A stretch of 32,000 nucleotides of DNA from Xylanibacter ruminicola 23 (GCF_000025925.1 NC_014033.1:2430001-2462000), one strand, 5' to 3'. Shown: positions 12,789 through 25,200, numbered from the stretch's first letter. The notes: a model not told the origin generated them from the sequence alone. Program-made: numbers and translations.

Positions 12789-15215
12789 GGATTTTGTTAT
12801 CAGAAGAACTTTAGTAATCCTACGTTGCCGGTTGACGAGGCCCAGTTCTGGGCCCTCGTCAGGGCAGAAAAATGGAACGAGAACATTGATAAGTATCGTG
12901 AAACTGGTGATGCTGCGTTGAAGCGAAAACTGCCTGCGTTTATCTTCCAGGCTACGTTCGACGAGACCACATCGAAAGCGGGCAAAGCTGGTGCCTGGCG
13001 CAAACAGAGTGCCACCCAGTTAACGGGATTGGTGGTGATGGATATCGACCATGTCGAAAAACCTCGTGAGGTATTTGACCAATGGGGATTAGGCACGGAT
13101 GAACACGGCTTTATAAATAAAGACGCGGCTGGGAGAATACTTTTGGTGTATATAACGCCTAGCGGGAAAGGGCTGAAAGTTGTATTTAAAGCTGATGTGG
13201 CAGTAGGCAACCTCATCGACAACCAGCATGCTATGGCCAAGGTGCTTGGGGTGGAGGTTGATGAGAGTTGCAAGGATGCCAGTCGTATGAGCTTCATCTG
13301 TAAGGAATCGGATATTTTGTATTTAAACAAAGAACTTTTTACGTATGAGAACAAGGAATTTGCTGAGCGATATACTGCTCTATATCGAGACGGTCATAGC
13401 CAGGCTACGAGAGAGGATTTAGCAATGGATGACACGACTGTTGCCAACGAAAGGCGTGACAAGGGACAGGGCCCAGTCACATTCTGCGACAGGGACCAGT
13501 CCCTAGTCACGCCAGTCACAGCAAAATCTTTCAAAGGGGTTGCGTATTCGGATATTATTGATGAGTGGTGGCGGCAGAATGGAGGGGTGCCACAGGAGGG
13601 CGAAAGGAATGTAAAACTGTACCAGTTGGCGGTGAGTTTGAGGGCCATTTGCGACAACAACCGACAGTTGCTGATGGAGATTATGCCACGCCTGGGACTG
13701 AGCGAAGAGGAGGTTCGCAGCATTGTGGAGAGTGCCTGCAAGGAAACGCCAAAAGGTCTTTCAAAAGCCATGCGGAGTGTGCTGGAGGGGAATAAGAATC
13801 CGTCTGAACAATCAGAACACGATATCGACCAATGGCTGTGGGATTGGGGAGAGCAGATAGAGAGATTATTTGACGACTTTCCGATACTACGCGATGTGTG
13901 CAAAGGACTTAAACGCAACCAGTATGCTTCGGCCTTGTTTGTGAGTGGTGGATTTATGATGACACTGATGACGCGATGCCGATACAGCTTTTATCATCGA
14001 CCAGAAGAATTGCGACGCCTGAACTGCGAGGTGATGGTGATTGGCGATCCTGCCAGCGGAAAGAGTTTTGCTACCCGATTGTACAAACTGCTGATAGCTC
14101 CGATTATCGCCGCCGACCGTATAGGTAAGGATGCCATCAACGCTTATCGCGAACAGATGAAAACCAAGGGTGCCAACAAGGAGAAACCGAAGAAACCCAA
14201 AGTGGTGGTACGTGTGCATCCTGCCCGCACCAGTAATGCCCAGTTTATTCAGGACATGGTGAATGCGGTTGAAGAGGTGGATGGCGAGCCCATGCAGTTG
14301 CACATGCTCACTTTTGATACTGAGCTGGACAATACCCTCTCGATTCAGAAAGGTGGTAGTTGGATTGACAAGCAATCGCTGGAGTTGAAAGCTTTCCACA
14401 ACGAGGAGGACGGTCAGGCTTATTCGAACATGGACTCGGTGATTGAGAACTTCTGCGTAACCTGGAACTTTATATATACCGGCACGCCACTGGCCCTGAA
14501 GGCAAAAATAAACGAACGCAACTTTGGATCGGGATTGGCCACACGATTAACCTGTATCCCCTTGCCTCCCACTAACTTTGAGATGATGACCCGCGAAAGC
14601 GTGGTTGACCGTGAGAGCGACCATCGACTAAAGGAATGGGGTGAGAAGTTGGACCGTATGAAGGGTGTGCTGAGTGTAGAGAAGATTGTGGATGAGCTGT
14701 ACGACTGGACGGCACGTCGCATGGCCGATGCCAAGGAGAACAACTCGAAGGCCGAAGAGATGCTGCTGAAGCGTTGTGCCTACCACGGACTAAACTTTGC
14801 CGCCCCGTTTATTGTGATGCGCCATTGGGAACAGATGCATCAGGATGGTGCCTACTACTGCGGAGAGTTTGAGACCGACGAGGTGGATTTGAAGTTGGCT
14901 GAGCTAATCGTCAACATACAGTACGCCTGTCAGCGCCACTACTTCTTGGCTATGGCCGAGAAATACTTCGACGACCAGATGCGTGATGTTTTAACTACCA
15001 CCCACCGAAGACAGAAAACGTACGATGGGTTTAACCGATTACCCGAGGAGTTTGCAGTTGACGACGTAATGACTTGCTTTGCCATCTCGAACCCCACGGT
15101 GGCACGTGTAAAAATCAGCCGTCTGATGAAAGACCATCTGATTGAGAAGACAGATGAGTTTGTTGACAACGGCACCACAAAGGCCATCTACAGAAAGGTT
15201 GGTGCCATGTGTTAA
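12786..15215 (+). CDS. Primase-helicase-like replication protein (VirE_N / BT4734-like N-terminal domain plus a P-loop NTPase)
   Basis: 809-aa ORF. The N-terminal part reads ..LTGLVVMDIDHVEKP..ILLVYITPSGKGLKVVFKAD..DASRMSFIC, which resembles the VirE N-terminal/primase-like domain. A central Walker A motif reads VIGDPASGKSFATRL. Confidence 0.75.
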   Translation: MGFCYQKNFSNPTLPVDEAQFWALVRAEKWNENIDKYRETGDAALKRKLPAFIFQATFDETTSKAGKAGAWRKQSATQLTGLVVMDIDHVEKPREVFDQWGLGTDEHGFINKDAAGRILLVYITPSGKGLKVVFKADVAVGNLIDNQHAMAKVLGVEVDESCKDASRMSFICKESDILYLNKELFTYENKEFAERYTALYRDGHSQATREDLAMDDTTVANERRDKGQGPVTFCDRDQSLVTPVTAKSFKGVAYSDIIDEWWRQNGGVPQEGERNVKLYQLAVSLRAICDNNRQLLMEIMPRLGLSEEEVRSIVESACKETPKGLSKAMRSVLEGNKNPSEQSEHDIDQWLWDWGEQIERLFDDFPILRDVCKGLKRNQYASALFVSGGFMMTLMTRCRYSFYHRPEELRRLNCEVMVIGDPASGKSFATRLYKLLIAPIIAADRIGKDAINAYREQMKTKGANKEKPKKPKVVVRVHPARTSNAQFIQDMVNAVEEVDGEPMQLHMLTFDTELDNTLSIQKGGSWIDKQSLELKAFHNEEDGQAYSNMDSVIENFCVTWNFIYTGTPLALKAKINERNFGSGLATRLTCIPLPPTNFEMMTRESVVDRESDHRLKEWGEKLDRMKGVLSVEKIVDELYDWTARRMADAKENNSKAEEMLLKRCAYHGLNFAAPFIVMRHWEQMHQDGAYYCGEFETDEVDLKLAELIVNIQYACQRHYFLAMAEKYFDDQMRDVLTTTHRRQKTYDGFNRLPEEFAVDDVMTCFAISNPTVARVKISRLMKDHLIEKTDEFVDNGTTKAIYRKVGAMC

Positions 15216-15216
15216 T

Positions 15217-15234
15217 CGCAGTATCACAGTAACA
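15217..15234 (+). repeat. Third copy (18 bp, direct orientation) of the 9675-9697 repeat core, CGCAGTATCACAGTAACA
   Basis: Exact match to 9677-9694. It begins 2 nt after the primase-like stop codon. Confidence 0.85.
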
Positions 15235-15242
15235 AATACATT

Positions 15243-15270
15243 AAACATTAAAGATTAAACATTAAACATT
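15243..15270 (+). repeat. Four tandem heptamers AAA(C/G)ATT immediately upstream of the M15 peptidase gene
   Basis: The units read aaacatt, aaagatt, aaacatt, aaacatt, followed by att and the ATG at 15274. The unit is the same as in the array at 12733-12788. Confidence 0.9.
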
Positions 15271-15273
15271 ATT

Positions 15274-16960
<1,687 letters not shown>

Positions 16961-17029
16961 TTACTTGTTTGACACCCGAGAGGGCAAAAAGTAAAATGCC
17001 GCCTGCGATAGTTAATGAAGATTAACAAA

Positions 17030-17060
17030 TAAAAAAGAGCACCCTGATGCAGGATGCTCT
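17030..17060 (-). terminator. Rho-independent terminator after the acyl-CoA dehydrogenase gene
   Basis: The minus strand reads AGAGCATCCTGCATCAGGGTGCTCT followed by TTTTTT, about 25 nt after the stop at 17086. Confidence 0.65.
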
Positions 17061-17085
17061 ATTTATAATAGCGTTTAGGGATTGC

Positions 17086-18813
17086 TTACTCAGCAGTCTC
17101 CTCGTCGTTAGCACGGAAGTTCTCGAGGTCCTCAACCTGGAAGGCCTTGATGTAAGCAGCCTTACCAAGAATATCCTCTTCGGCCATGCGGACATATACG
17201 TTAGCGCTCTTAGCGAACAGCTCAGGTGCCTTAGCAGCATCGCGGAGGATGAGCAGACTCATTACCAACTCAGCTGTCATGTCGTAGAGACGGCGAGCCA
17301 GGAAGTCGTGAGCATCCTGATTGTCGAGAGCCTTAACAGCAGCGAGAGCCTCCTCGTAAACGGGGATGAGCTTCTCGACACGGGCCTTGAGAGCAGCGTT
17401 AGCCTCAGCAGGCAGTGCAGCCAGCATGTCCTTGATGTTGTTGAGCATAGTGCCGTTGGTGATGTAGCGGATAGCAGCTACAACCTGCAACTGAGTGGTA
17501 CCCTCGTAGATAGAGAAGATACGTGCGTCGCGGAACAGGCGCTGGCTCTTGTACTCCATGATGAAACCTGAACCACCGTGGATGCTGATAGCATCGTAAG
17601 CGTTCTGGTTAGCGTACTCTGAGTTCATACCCTTGGCCAGTGGTGTGAAAGCATCGGCCAGGCGCTGGTACTTCTTGAGTTCCTGCTTCTCCTCGGGAGT
17701 GAGCTTGCGGTCGCGCTCGATATCCTCCAAGCACTTGTAGATATCAACGTAAGCGGCTGTCTCGTACAGGAGTGAACGACCAGCATCGAGCTTAGCCTTC
17801 ATGCGAGAGAGCATATCGTAAACAGCGGGGAAGTTGATGATCTTATCACCGAACTGCTGACGCTCCTTAGCGTAAGCCAGACCCTCGTTGTAAGCCTCCT
17901 GCTCAACACCTACACTCTGTGCGGCGATACCCAGACGGGCACCGTTCATCAGAGCCATCACATACTTGATCAGACCCAGACGTGTGCTACCGCAGAGCTC
18001 GGCCTTAGCGTTCTTATAGGTGAGCTCACAGGTAGGTGAGCCGTGGATACCCAGCTTGTGCTCGATGTGACGAACATCAACACCGCCCTGGCGCTTGTCG
18101 TAGATGAACATTGACAGACCACGTCCGTCCTTAGTGCCCTCCTCAGAACGAGCCAGCACGAGGTGGATGTCGCTATCACCGTTTGTGATGAAGCGCTTAA
18201 CACCGTTCAGGCGCCAGCAGTTCTCCTTCTCGTCGAAGGTAGCCTTCAGCATCACGCGCTGCAGGTCGGAACCAGCATCGGGCTCGGTCAGGTCCATACT
18301 CATACCCTCACCAGCGCAAACGCGGGGGATGTACTTCTGGCGCTGCTCCTCGCTACCGAACTCATACAGAGTATCGATACAGCTCTGCAAGCTCCAGATG
18401 TTCTGGAAACCAGCATCGGCAGAAGAAATCATCTCAGACAGCATTGAGAACACGGTGTTAGGCAGATTCAAACCGCCGTAACGACGAGGCATAGAAACAC
18501 CCCACAGACCAGCCTTACGGGTGGCGTCGAGGTTCTCGTAAGTCTTAGAGGCGTAGATCATACGACCGTTCTCGAGGTGTGGACCTTCGAGGTCAACGCT
18601 CTCAGAGTTTGGCTCGATGATATTGGCAGCCACGTCGCCAGTGATGTCGAGAATCTGCTTGTAGTTCTCGATGGCATCGCCCAGGTCAACGGGGGCATAG
18701 TCATATTCCTTTGCATCAGCAAAGCCTTTTTCCTTCAGCTCAACGATACGAGCCATCAGGGGGTGGTTCAAGTAGAACCCGATCTCAGGATGATCGCTAT
18801 AATAGTTTGCCAT
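17086..18813 (-). CDS. Acyl-CoA dehydrogenase (long form, ~575 aa)
   Basis: The ORF contains ..ITNGDSDIHLVLAR.., ..IHGGSGFIMEYKSQRLFRDARIFSIYEGTTQLQ.. and lies directly downstream of etfBA. Confidence 0.85.
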   Translation of the reverse strand: MANYYSDHPEIGFYLNHPLMARIVELKEKGFADAKEYDYAPVDLGDAIENYKQILDITGDVAANIIEPNSESVDLEGPHLENGRMIYASKTYENLDATRKAGLWGVSMPRRYGGLNLPNTVFSMLSEMISSADAGFQNIWSLQSCIDTLYEFGSEEQRQKYIPRVCAGEGMSMDLTEPDAGSDLQRVMLKATFDEKENCWRLNGVKRFITNGDSDIHLVLARSEEGTKDGRGLSMFIYDKRQGGVDVRHIEHKLGIHGSPTCELTYKNAKAELCGSTRLGLIKYVMALMNGARLGIAAQSVGVEQEAYNEGLAYAKERQQFGDKIINFPAVYDMLSRMKAKLDAGRSLLYETAAYVDIYKCLEDIERDRKLTPEEKQELKKYQRLADAFTPLAKGMNSEYANQNAYDAISIHGGSGFIMEYKSQRLFRDARIFSIYEGTTQLQVVAAIRYITNGTMLNNIKDMLAALPAEANAALKARVEKLIPVYEEALAAVKALDNQDAHDFLARRLYDMTAELVMSLLILRDAAKAPELFAKSANVYVRMAEEDILGKAAYIKAFQVEDLENFRANDEETAE

Positions 18814-18819
18814 AATTTC

Positions 18820-19005
18820 TTATTTGTTTTCTTGATTCTTCTTATATATTCTACCTCCTATTCTTGCACCAACGGGGATACCGCAAGCATAAGCGCCGAT
18901 GTTTACTATCGCAGCACCTGCATGCTGGTCGATCGTCATCAGATAATACGATATACCGAGCAGTACGATGGTACAGAGAATGAGGAAATAATCTAAAGCT
19001 TTCAT
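18820..19005 (-). CDS. Possible small membrane protein (61 aa) between etfA and the acyl-CoA dehydrogenase gene
   Basis: MKALDYFLILCTIVLLGISYYLM..IVNIGAYACGIPVGARIGG.. has two hydrophobic segments. The ORF fills the gap almost exactly, with 1 nt and 6 nt spacers. Confidence 0.45.
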   Translation of the reverse strand: MKALDYFLILCTIVLLGISYYLMTIDQHAGAAIVNIGAYACGIPVGARIGGRIYKKNQENK

Positions 19006-19006
19006 C

Positions 19007-20032
19007 TTACTTCGAGTTCTGCTTGTAGTACTTGATCAGTTTAGGTACAACCTCCTCAACGGTGCCAACGATTACGTAGTCGGCAATCTTGTTGATAGGA
19101 GCATCGGGATCGCTGTTTACAGAGATAATGATACCAGAATCCTGCATACCAGCGATGTGCTGAATCTGTCCAGAGATACCACAGGCGATGTACACCTTGG
19201 GGTGAACGGTAACACCTGTCTGACCAATCTGACGGTCGTGGTCCAACCAGCCTGCATCCACAGCAGCACGGCTACCACCAACCTCACCATGGAGCACCTT
19301 AGCCAGCTCGAACAGCATGTCGAAGTTCTCCTTAGAGCCAACACCATAACCACCAGCAACAACGATAGGAGCGCCCTTCAGGTTGTGCTTAGCAGCCTCA
19401 ACGTGGTGATCCAGAACCTTTACTACGAAAGCCTCGGGGCTAACATACTTGCTTACCTCTGGATAAACAACCTCCTTGCGGCACTCGCCATCGTACAGAG
19501 CCTTCTGCATTACGCCTGAGCGTACAGTAGCCATCTGTGGACGGTGGTCGGGGTTAACGATGGTAGCTACGATGTTACCACCGAAGGCAGGACGAATCTG
19601 ATAAAGCAGATTCTCGTAGGTCTTACCAGCCTTCTTATCCTCGAAAGGACCAATCTCCAGCTCTGTGCAGTCGGCAGTCAGACCAGAGGTCAGTGAAGAC
19701 GATACACGTGGACCGAGGTCACGACCGATAACGGTAGCACCCATCAAACAGATCTGTGGCTGCTCCTCCTTGAAGAGGTTAACCAGAATATCAGTGTGTG
19801 GAGCTGAGGTGTAAGGGAACAGATCCTTAGCGTCGAAAACAAACAGCTTGTCAACACCGTAAGGCAGAATCTGATCCTCGACCTTACCCTTGATGCCAGT
19901 ACCGGCAACAATGGCGTGGAGCTCAACCTTGAGTTCATTGGCGAGCTTGCGACCCTTAGTCAACAGCTCCTGAGATACTTCCTGTACCTGAGTACCTTCA
20001 ATTTCGCAATATACAAATACGTTATTAGCCAT
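19007..20032 (-). CDS. etfA: Electron transfer flavoprotein alpha subunit
   Basis: The 341-aa ORF contains ..VVAGGYGVGSKENF..GGSRAAVDAGW..QIGQTGVTVHPKVYIACGISGQIQHIAGM.. Confidence 0.9.
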   Translation of the reverse strand: MANNVFVYCEIEGTQVQEVSQELLTKGRKLANELKVELHAIVAGTGIKGKVEDQILPYGVDKLFVFDAKDLFPYTSAPHTDILVNLFKEEQPQICLMGATVIGRDLGPRVSSSLTSGLTADCTELEIGPFEDKKAGKTYENLLYQIRPAFGGNIVATIVNPDHRPQMATVRSGVMQKALYDGECRKEVVYPEVSKYVSPEAFVVKVLDHHVEAAKHNLKGAPIVVAGGYGVGSKENFDMLFELAKVLHGEVGGSRAAVDAGWLDHDRQIGQTGVTVHPKVYIACGISGQIQHIAGMQDSGIIISVNSDPDAPINKIADYVIVGTVEEVVPKLIKYYKQNSK

Positions 20033-20038
20033 ATCTCG

Positions 20039-20911
20039 TTATCCAATGATTTTTTCGTCCAACAATTCTTTGATCATTCCCTCGATATCAGCATCAGAAG
20101 CCGTCAAAGTCTTCGACTCCTTAGCCTGGAACACGATGTTCTTGATGGCCTTAACCTTGGTAGGTGAGCCACTCAAACCGCACTGGTTTACATCGCCATC
20201 CACGTCGGCCACGCTCCACTGGTTGAGTGTGAGTTCAGGGCGCTGCTCGTACAGATAGTCGTAGGCAGTACCCTCGGCAGGGCGCTCCATAGGACAGGTA
20301 GCACGCTTGTACTTCATCACCAGCTTAGCGTTCTGGGGACGACAAGGAGCGGCACTTCCGTTAACAGTGATAACAACTGGCAGAGGAGCCTCAACAGTCT
20401 CAACACCACCGTCGATCACACGCTTGATGGTAGCCTTACCATCCTTTACTGAGAGAACCTCCTCAGCGTAAGTTACCTGGTTGAGACCCAGCTTCTGAGC
20501 CACCTGAGGACCTACCTGAGCGGTATCACCATCGATAGCCTGACGACCACCGATAACAATGTCAACATCGCCAATCTTCTTGATGGCAGTAGCCAGCGCA
20601 TAAGAAGTAGCGAGGGTATCAGCACCAGCGAAGAGACGGTCGGTAAGCAACCAACCAGTATCAGCGCCACGATATAATCCCTGACGGATAATCTCACCTG
20701 CACGTGGAGGACCCATCGTGAGGATTCCTACTGTTGAGCCTGGGTTCTGCTCCTTCAGGCGAAGGGCCTGCTCCAGGGCATTCAAATCTTCTGGATTGAA
20801 GATGGCGGGAAGGGCTGCACGGTTTACGGTGCCTTCGGCAGTCATTGCATCCTTACCCACATTTCGGGTGTCTGGCACTTGCTTGGCCAGCACAACAATC
20901 TTTAAAGCCAT
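20039..20911 (-). CDS. etfB: Electron transfer flavoprotein beta subunit
   Basis: MALKIVVLAKQVPDTRNV.. from the ATG at 20911. The track's extra 23 N-terminal residues are non-conserved and run across the promoter box. Confidence 0.9.
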   Translation of the reverse strand: MALKIVVLAKQVPDTRNVGKDAMTAEGTVNRAALPAIFNPEDLNALEQALRLKEQNPGSTVGILTMGPPRAGEIIRQGLYRGADTGWLLTDRLFAGADTLATSYALATAIKKIGDVDIVIGGRQAIDGDTAQVGPQVAQKLGLNQVTYAEEVLSVKDGKATIKRVIDGGVETVEAPLPVVITVNGSAAPCRPQNAKLVMKYKRATCPMERPAEGTAYDYLYEQRPELTLNQWSVADVDGDVNQCGLSGSPTKVKAIKNIVFQAKESKTLTASDADIEGMIKELLDEKIIG

Positions 20912-20949
20912 ATTTATTAATAATGTGAATGAAATTTCAAAATCGGCTG

Positions 20950-20957
20950 CAAAAATA
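20950..20957 (-). promoter_or_regulatory. -7 box TATTTTTG for the etfB-etfA-acd operon
   Basis: Plus-strand caaaaata lies 38 nt upstream of the ATG at 20911. Confidence 0.5.
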
Positions 20958-21074
20958 CACTTTTTTGAGCACACAGCCAAATAAAATGCACAAAAATACG
21001 CCGAATGTGCACAAATCGAGCAATTTGTGCAATTAAATAAGTACGAAAGTTTGCTTAATTATGCCAAAATGTTG

Positions 21075-21082
21075 TAATTTTG
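21075..21082 (+). promoter_or_regulatory. -7 box TAATTTTG for the porin-like gene
   Basis: The sequence is TAATTTTGcagcc, 10 nt upstream of the ATG at 21093. Confidence 0.5.
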
Positions 21083-21092
21083 CAGCCGAAAA

Positions 21093-21815
21093 ATGAATAT
21101 TGAGATGAAAAAGTACATATTTATTGCTTTTGCGTGTCTTTTTGGCAACGCTACCATCCAAGCGCAGGACAAGGTAGAAACAACCGTAGAGGCCGACGTG
21201 GTAAGTCAGTATATCTGGCGTGGTATGGACTTGGGACATGTATCGCTACAGCCCACACTGGCCGTGAGTTACAGGGGATTAACACTCGAAGCATGGGGCA
21301 GCGTAGGACTGACCGACAGCAACGACACACGCGAGTTTGACGTGGCCTTGAAATACACCACCGGTGGATTTAATTTCGGCATTGGCGATTACTGGTTTAA
21401 CGAGGGTCTTGACCCGCAGAACCGCTATTTCCGTTACAATGCACACTCAACCAACCATGTGATTGAGGCCAACGTAGGTTACGACTTCGGTCCGCTGGCA
21501 TTACAGTGGTACACCAATATTGCGGGTAACGATGGCTTTACCTGTTGCGATCATCGTGCCTACAGCAGTTATGTAGAGGCCACAGCCCCCTTTAAGCTGG
21601 GTGGTTGCCAGTGGCAGGCCACAATAGGTGCCGTGCCCTTCTACACCACCTTTTACGATGCCGAGGGCTTTATTATAAATAATGTGACACTGCGTGCCGA
21701 TCGTGATATCAAGATTACCGACCACTTCAGTCTGCCCGTGTTTGCCCAGATAACAGGCAACCCATCCAGCGAGCACGCTTATTTTGTATTTGGATTTAAG
21801 TTAAAAGCATTCTAA
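21093..21815 (+). CDS. Outer-membrane beta-barrel protein, TorF/Gcw_chp-like putative porin
   Basis: Signal peptide (MKKYIFIAFACLFGNATIQAQ), then VSQYIWRGMDLG..SLQPTLAVSY.GLTLEAWGS, alternating beta-strand patterns and a C-terminal F. The start could instead be 21105. Confidence 0.65.
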   Translation: MNIEMKKYIFIAFACLFGNATIQAQDKVETTVEADVVSQYIWRGMDLGHVSLQPTLAVSYRGLTLEAWGSVGLTDSNDTREFDVALKYTTGGFNFGIGDYWFNEGLDPQNRYFRYNAHSTNHVIEANVGYDFGPLALQWYTNIAGNDGFTCCDHRAYSSYVEATAPFKLGGCQWQATIGAVPFYTTFYDAEGFIINNVTLRADRDIKITDHFSLPVFAQITGNPSSEHAYFVFGFKLKAF

Positions 21816-21821
21816 AACATT

Positions 21822-22196
21822 ATGACAAACGGAATATATACCATCTTACTGCTCATTCTGAGCAATGTGTTTATGACCTTCGCCTGGTACGGTCATCTGC
21901 GCCTGCAACAGTCGGGCATTTCGAGCAACTGGCCACTGTATCTGGTGATTGCCTTCTCATGGATGATTGCCTTTTTCGAGTACTGCTGTCAGGTTCCCGC
22001 CAACCGCATCGGATTTATCGACAATGGCGGTCCGTTTAACCTTGTACAGCTGAAGGTGATTCAGGAGTGCATATCGCTGGTTGTGTTTGCCGTGATTGCC
22101 AACTTCTGTTTCCAGCACGAGCAACTGCACTGGAACCATGCCGCCGCAGCACTCTGTCTGGTGATGGCCGTATATTTTGTATTTATGAAACCGTAA
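21822..22196 (+). CDS. DMT-superfamily small membrane protein (DUF486-like)
   Basis: The 124-aa ORF reads ..ILLLILSNVFMTFAWYGHLR.. and has four hydrophobic helices. Confidence 0.7.
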   Translation: MTNGIYTILLLILSNVFMTFAWYGHLRLQQSGISSNWPLYLVIAFSWMIAFFEYCCQVPANRIGFIDNGGPFNLVQLKVIQECISLVVFAVIANFCFQHEQLHWNHAAAALCLVMAVYFVFMKP

Positions 22197-22202
22197 GAAA
22201 GT

Positions 22203-25200
22203 TTATCGGGTTAACGAGAACTTCATAGATAAACCAAAATCATGCGTCGTTGTGGGATAGCTATTGCTTGACAACAACGGCGTATTTGTTTGTGTATCGT
22301 AATAAGCCGTGAGGGTGAGCAAACGCGAGAGTGTGTAATCGGCCATAAACGAGAGTTTAAAGGCCGAGTTACCGCTGGATGCTGATGACACACCTGTGGC
22401 GATATCGCGGGTGATGGCCGCCTGCTTGCGCAACGAGATATCAAGGCGCAGGTTCAAGTCGTGGTTAACACCGGTCTTTCTGCTTTGAACTTGGAGCTTT
22501 GTGTTTTGAACATTTTGGCTATCGCCTGCATTCTTTTTGCGGGGGTTCTGGGCTTTGCTGATGGTGCGGTTGCCCTTGGCACCAAACAGATTAAAATCGC
22601 GGATTTTATAAGCCAGACCAACCACCCAGTCCTTACTGAGCGACTCGTTGAGCTGAATGCTGGTCATCGAGAGGTTGAGCACACGGGTGGTGCGGTATTC
22701 CAGCTTTGCCGTAAGGTCGTTCTGGAAGGTAGCATCCACACCCAGCAAGGGCGAGAAGGCCTCGTTGATGCTCACGGTAGAGTAGCTGGTGTTGACGTAG
22801 CTACCCACACTATAAATGCTCTTATAAGCATGGTTCAGATTCAGACTCTTCAGATGCTCCTTTACCCAGGCCAGTTTCGACAGTCCGCCATAACGCACAC
22901 TCCAGTTGGGTAACAAGCGGGCCAGCGACGGGAAGATGGCCAGCGACTTGCCTGCACCCGAGGTATAGGCCGACAGGAAAGCCGGGATAAGCACCTGGGG
23001 TGAATACTCCTCGCCTACCCTTTGCTGGAACTCGGGGATGAGCTCGCGGAAATGGTCGAAAGCGGCCGAACGATAGCCGTTGTTGGCATTGCCCATACCT
23101 GCCAGTGCCCCTCGCAAAGAAATGGTGGTGATATTAAACGTACCACTCAAGGTGGTGGGCATGCCATCGTACATATACTGTACACTCTTGGCGCGGGTAT
23201 CGGTACGCGAGGCGGTGAGATCGATCTTCAGGTCGCGGATAGGCTCGAGTACCGCCTTTATCTGCAGATCCTTACTGGTGTTGATATTGGCAGGGGTGGA
23301 TACACTTTCGTTCTGCAACAGCCAGTTGCGACCGAGGGCCTTATCGATATAGCCATCGCCCATCAGTCCGAAAGCAAAATCCAGTCCTGGTGTCAGCAAT
23401 CCATCAGTACGGTTCTGACCCAACATATCGCCCACATTGGGCATAAAGCCAGGCAACAACATCGAATACTGGGTGCGATAGCTGATATTCATGCTACGCA
23501 GCATCATGAGCACACGCAGGGGCCCCTTGTTGCTCTTGTTGGCCTTTTGCAGAGCGGGGATGTGGTTATAGAGGGTGACGAAATTAAGCGCCACGTTCAT
23601 GTTTACCTGACGGTTGCTGGTGATGGTGTTACCCAGACTGGTGCCATCCTCTAACTCGGTACCACGCACCCAGGTGTAGCGACCGCTATACGAGGCGTCG
23701 GCATTCACCCAATCGAAGATGGGTAGTTTGTTGAGCGGGAACTGGTACGAAGCGGTTACCTGTTGCTGGTAATCGAGCGGTGTACCCCAGTTGCGGATGC
23801 TCTGTTTTACCGAATCCTTCCACGCCACATACTGATCGGGATACAGGTCCTTGTTGATCGGCGTATAGGGCTCTTCGATCTCGGCACGGGTGGCCGACTG
23901 GAAGGTGAAATGCAGGTTCTTGGTAAAGTCCCAACGCAGGGAGAAATCACGGTTCCACAGGAACTGCTCGGAGAATGTAAGTGGCAGGTTCTGATTCTCC
24001 AGACTCTCCAGGTCGCGCTCCTGCAGTTCGTAGTAGTTACGCGTCATCTCGGTATTGAACGAGATGCTCTGGGGTAGGTAGTTCAGACCTATCGACTTGG
24101 GGAAGTTGAGCCACTTCGACTTACCCTTGAGTTTCTTAAACGGCTCCCAGGTCTTATACACGGGCGAGTAAGCGTAGTTCAGGGCGCCACGCCACTGGTC
24201 TTCACGCTCGTAAACGGTGGTCTTACCCGAGGTGTTACGATGGGCATGACTGTACGAGAACGAGAAGTTGGCGGGATCGTAAGGCATAGGATGACGCTTG
24301 GTTTTCAATCCCCAGCGCAGGTTCGACAGCGCGAAGTTGGTGTTACGTGTTTTGGTAACGGCAATACTCTCGATGCTGTCGCGCTCGTGCTGGTTGGCGG
24401 CACTCTCCAAGGCATCGCTCAGGCGCATATCCGAATCGAGCGGATTATAACGTGGGCGCACCTCTTCGTGACTCACCGAGTAGTACAATGGCGCACTTAC
24501 CTTGGCCTTGTCGGGGAAGAACTTACCCAACTCTAACTGGGCGGTAAACGAGTATTCCTTCTGGGTGTCGGTAGAGCGTTGCATCACACTCTCCTCCAGT
24601 CCACCAAAGCCATCGCTGATGTATCGGCCCGAGAGGTTCACGGTACCGAAATCAGACAGTTGCACGTTCATGGTGCCCGATGCCGCCCAACCGCCATTGT
24701 TGTTGGCATCCATCAATCGGAGCTCGTTCACCCATACCTCACCCGACTTCACCTGGTCGGAGATGTTACGCACACCAATCATCATCACCTTCACCTCGCC
24801 CAGAGTAGGGTTACCCTGCACACGTACCGTGTTGTTGGGTTTGCGAGGGTCGGGCTCGCTATAAACCTGATTAAAGCTACCGATACCCTGTGCCTTGGCC
24901 TGATTGCGGGCTTTCTTCAGTTTGGTAAACACATCAAGATTGATATCCAGCATGTTCTCTTCGGGCCACACCATACGGCGATCGGCCGTGGCATACTTAC
25001 TATAGTCGCTACGGTCGGGGGTGAGCTGAAGGGGAATCTCGTACTCGTAGTAGTTATTCTTATAGTCGCTACCCATACGCACAAACACAGCCAACTGGCC
25101 GTTCTGCAACTGGGTGGCATCGGGCACCAGGTGGTTGGCATGCACAAACATCTGCATGTGCTTGTACTGGCGCAGGTCGAGGTTCATGTTACGATAAACG

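Noticed and set aside
12800-14743. Minus-strand ORFs of 107-184 aa inside the primase-helicase-like gene
   Set aside because: They are antisense shadow ORFs, S/L/P-rich, with no start context. The plus-strand ORF carries recognisable motifs.
17047-18996. Plus-strand ORFs (174, 125, 94 and 139 aa) across the acyl-CoA dehydrogenase gene
   Set aside because: They are antisense to a well-supported gene and have non-protein-like composition.
20912-20980. N-terminal 23-aa extension of EtfB
   Set aside because: The canonical EtfB N-terminus (MALKIVVLAKQVPD) starts at 20911, and the extension crosses the predicted promoter box.
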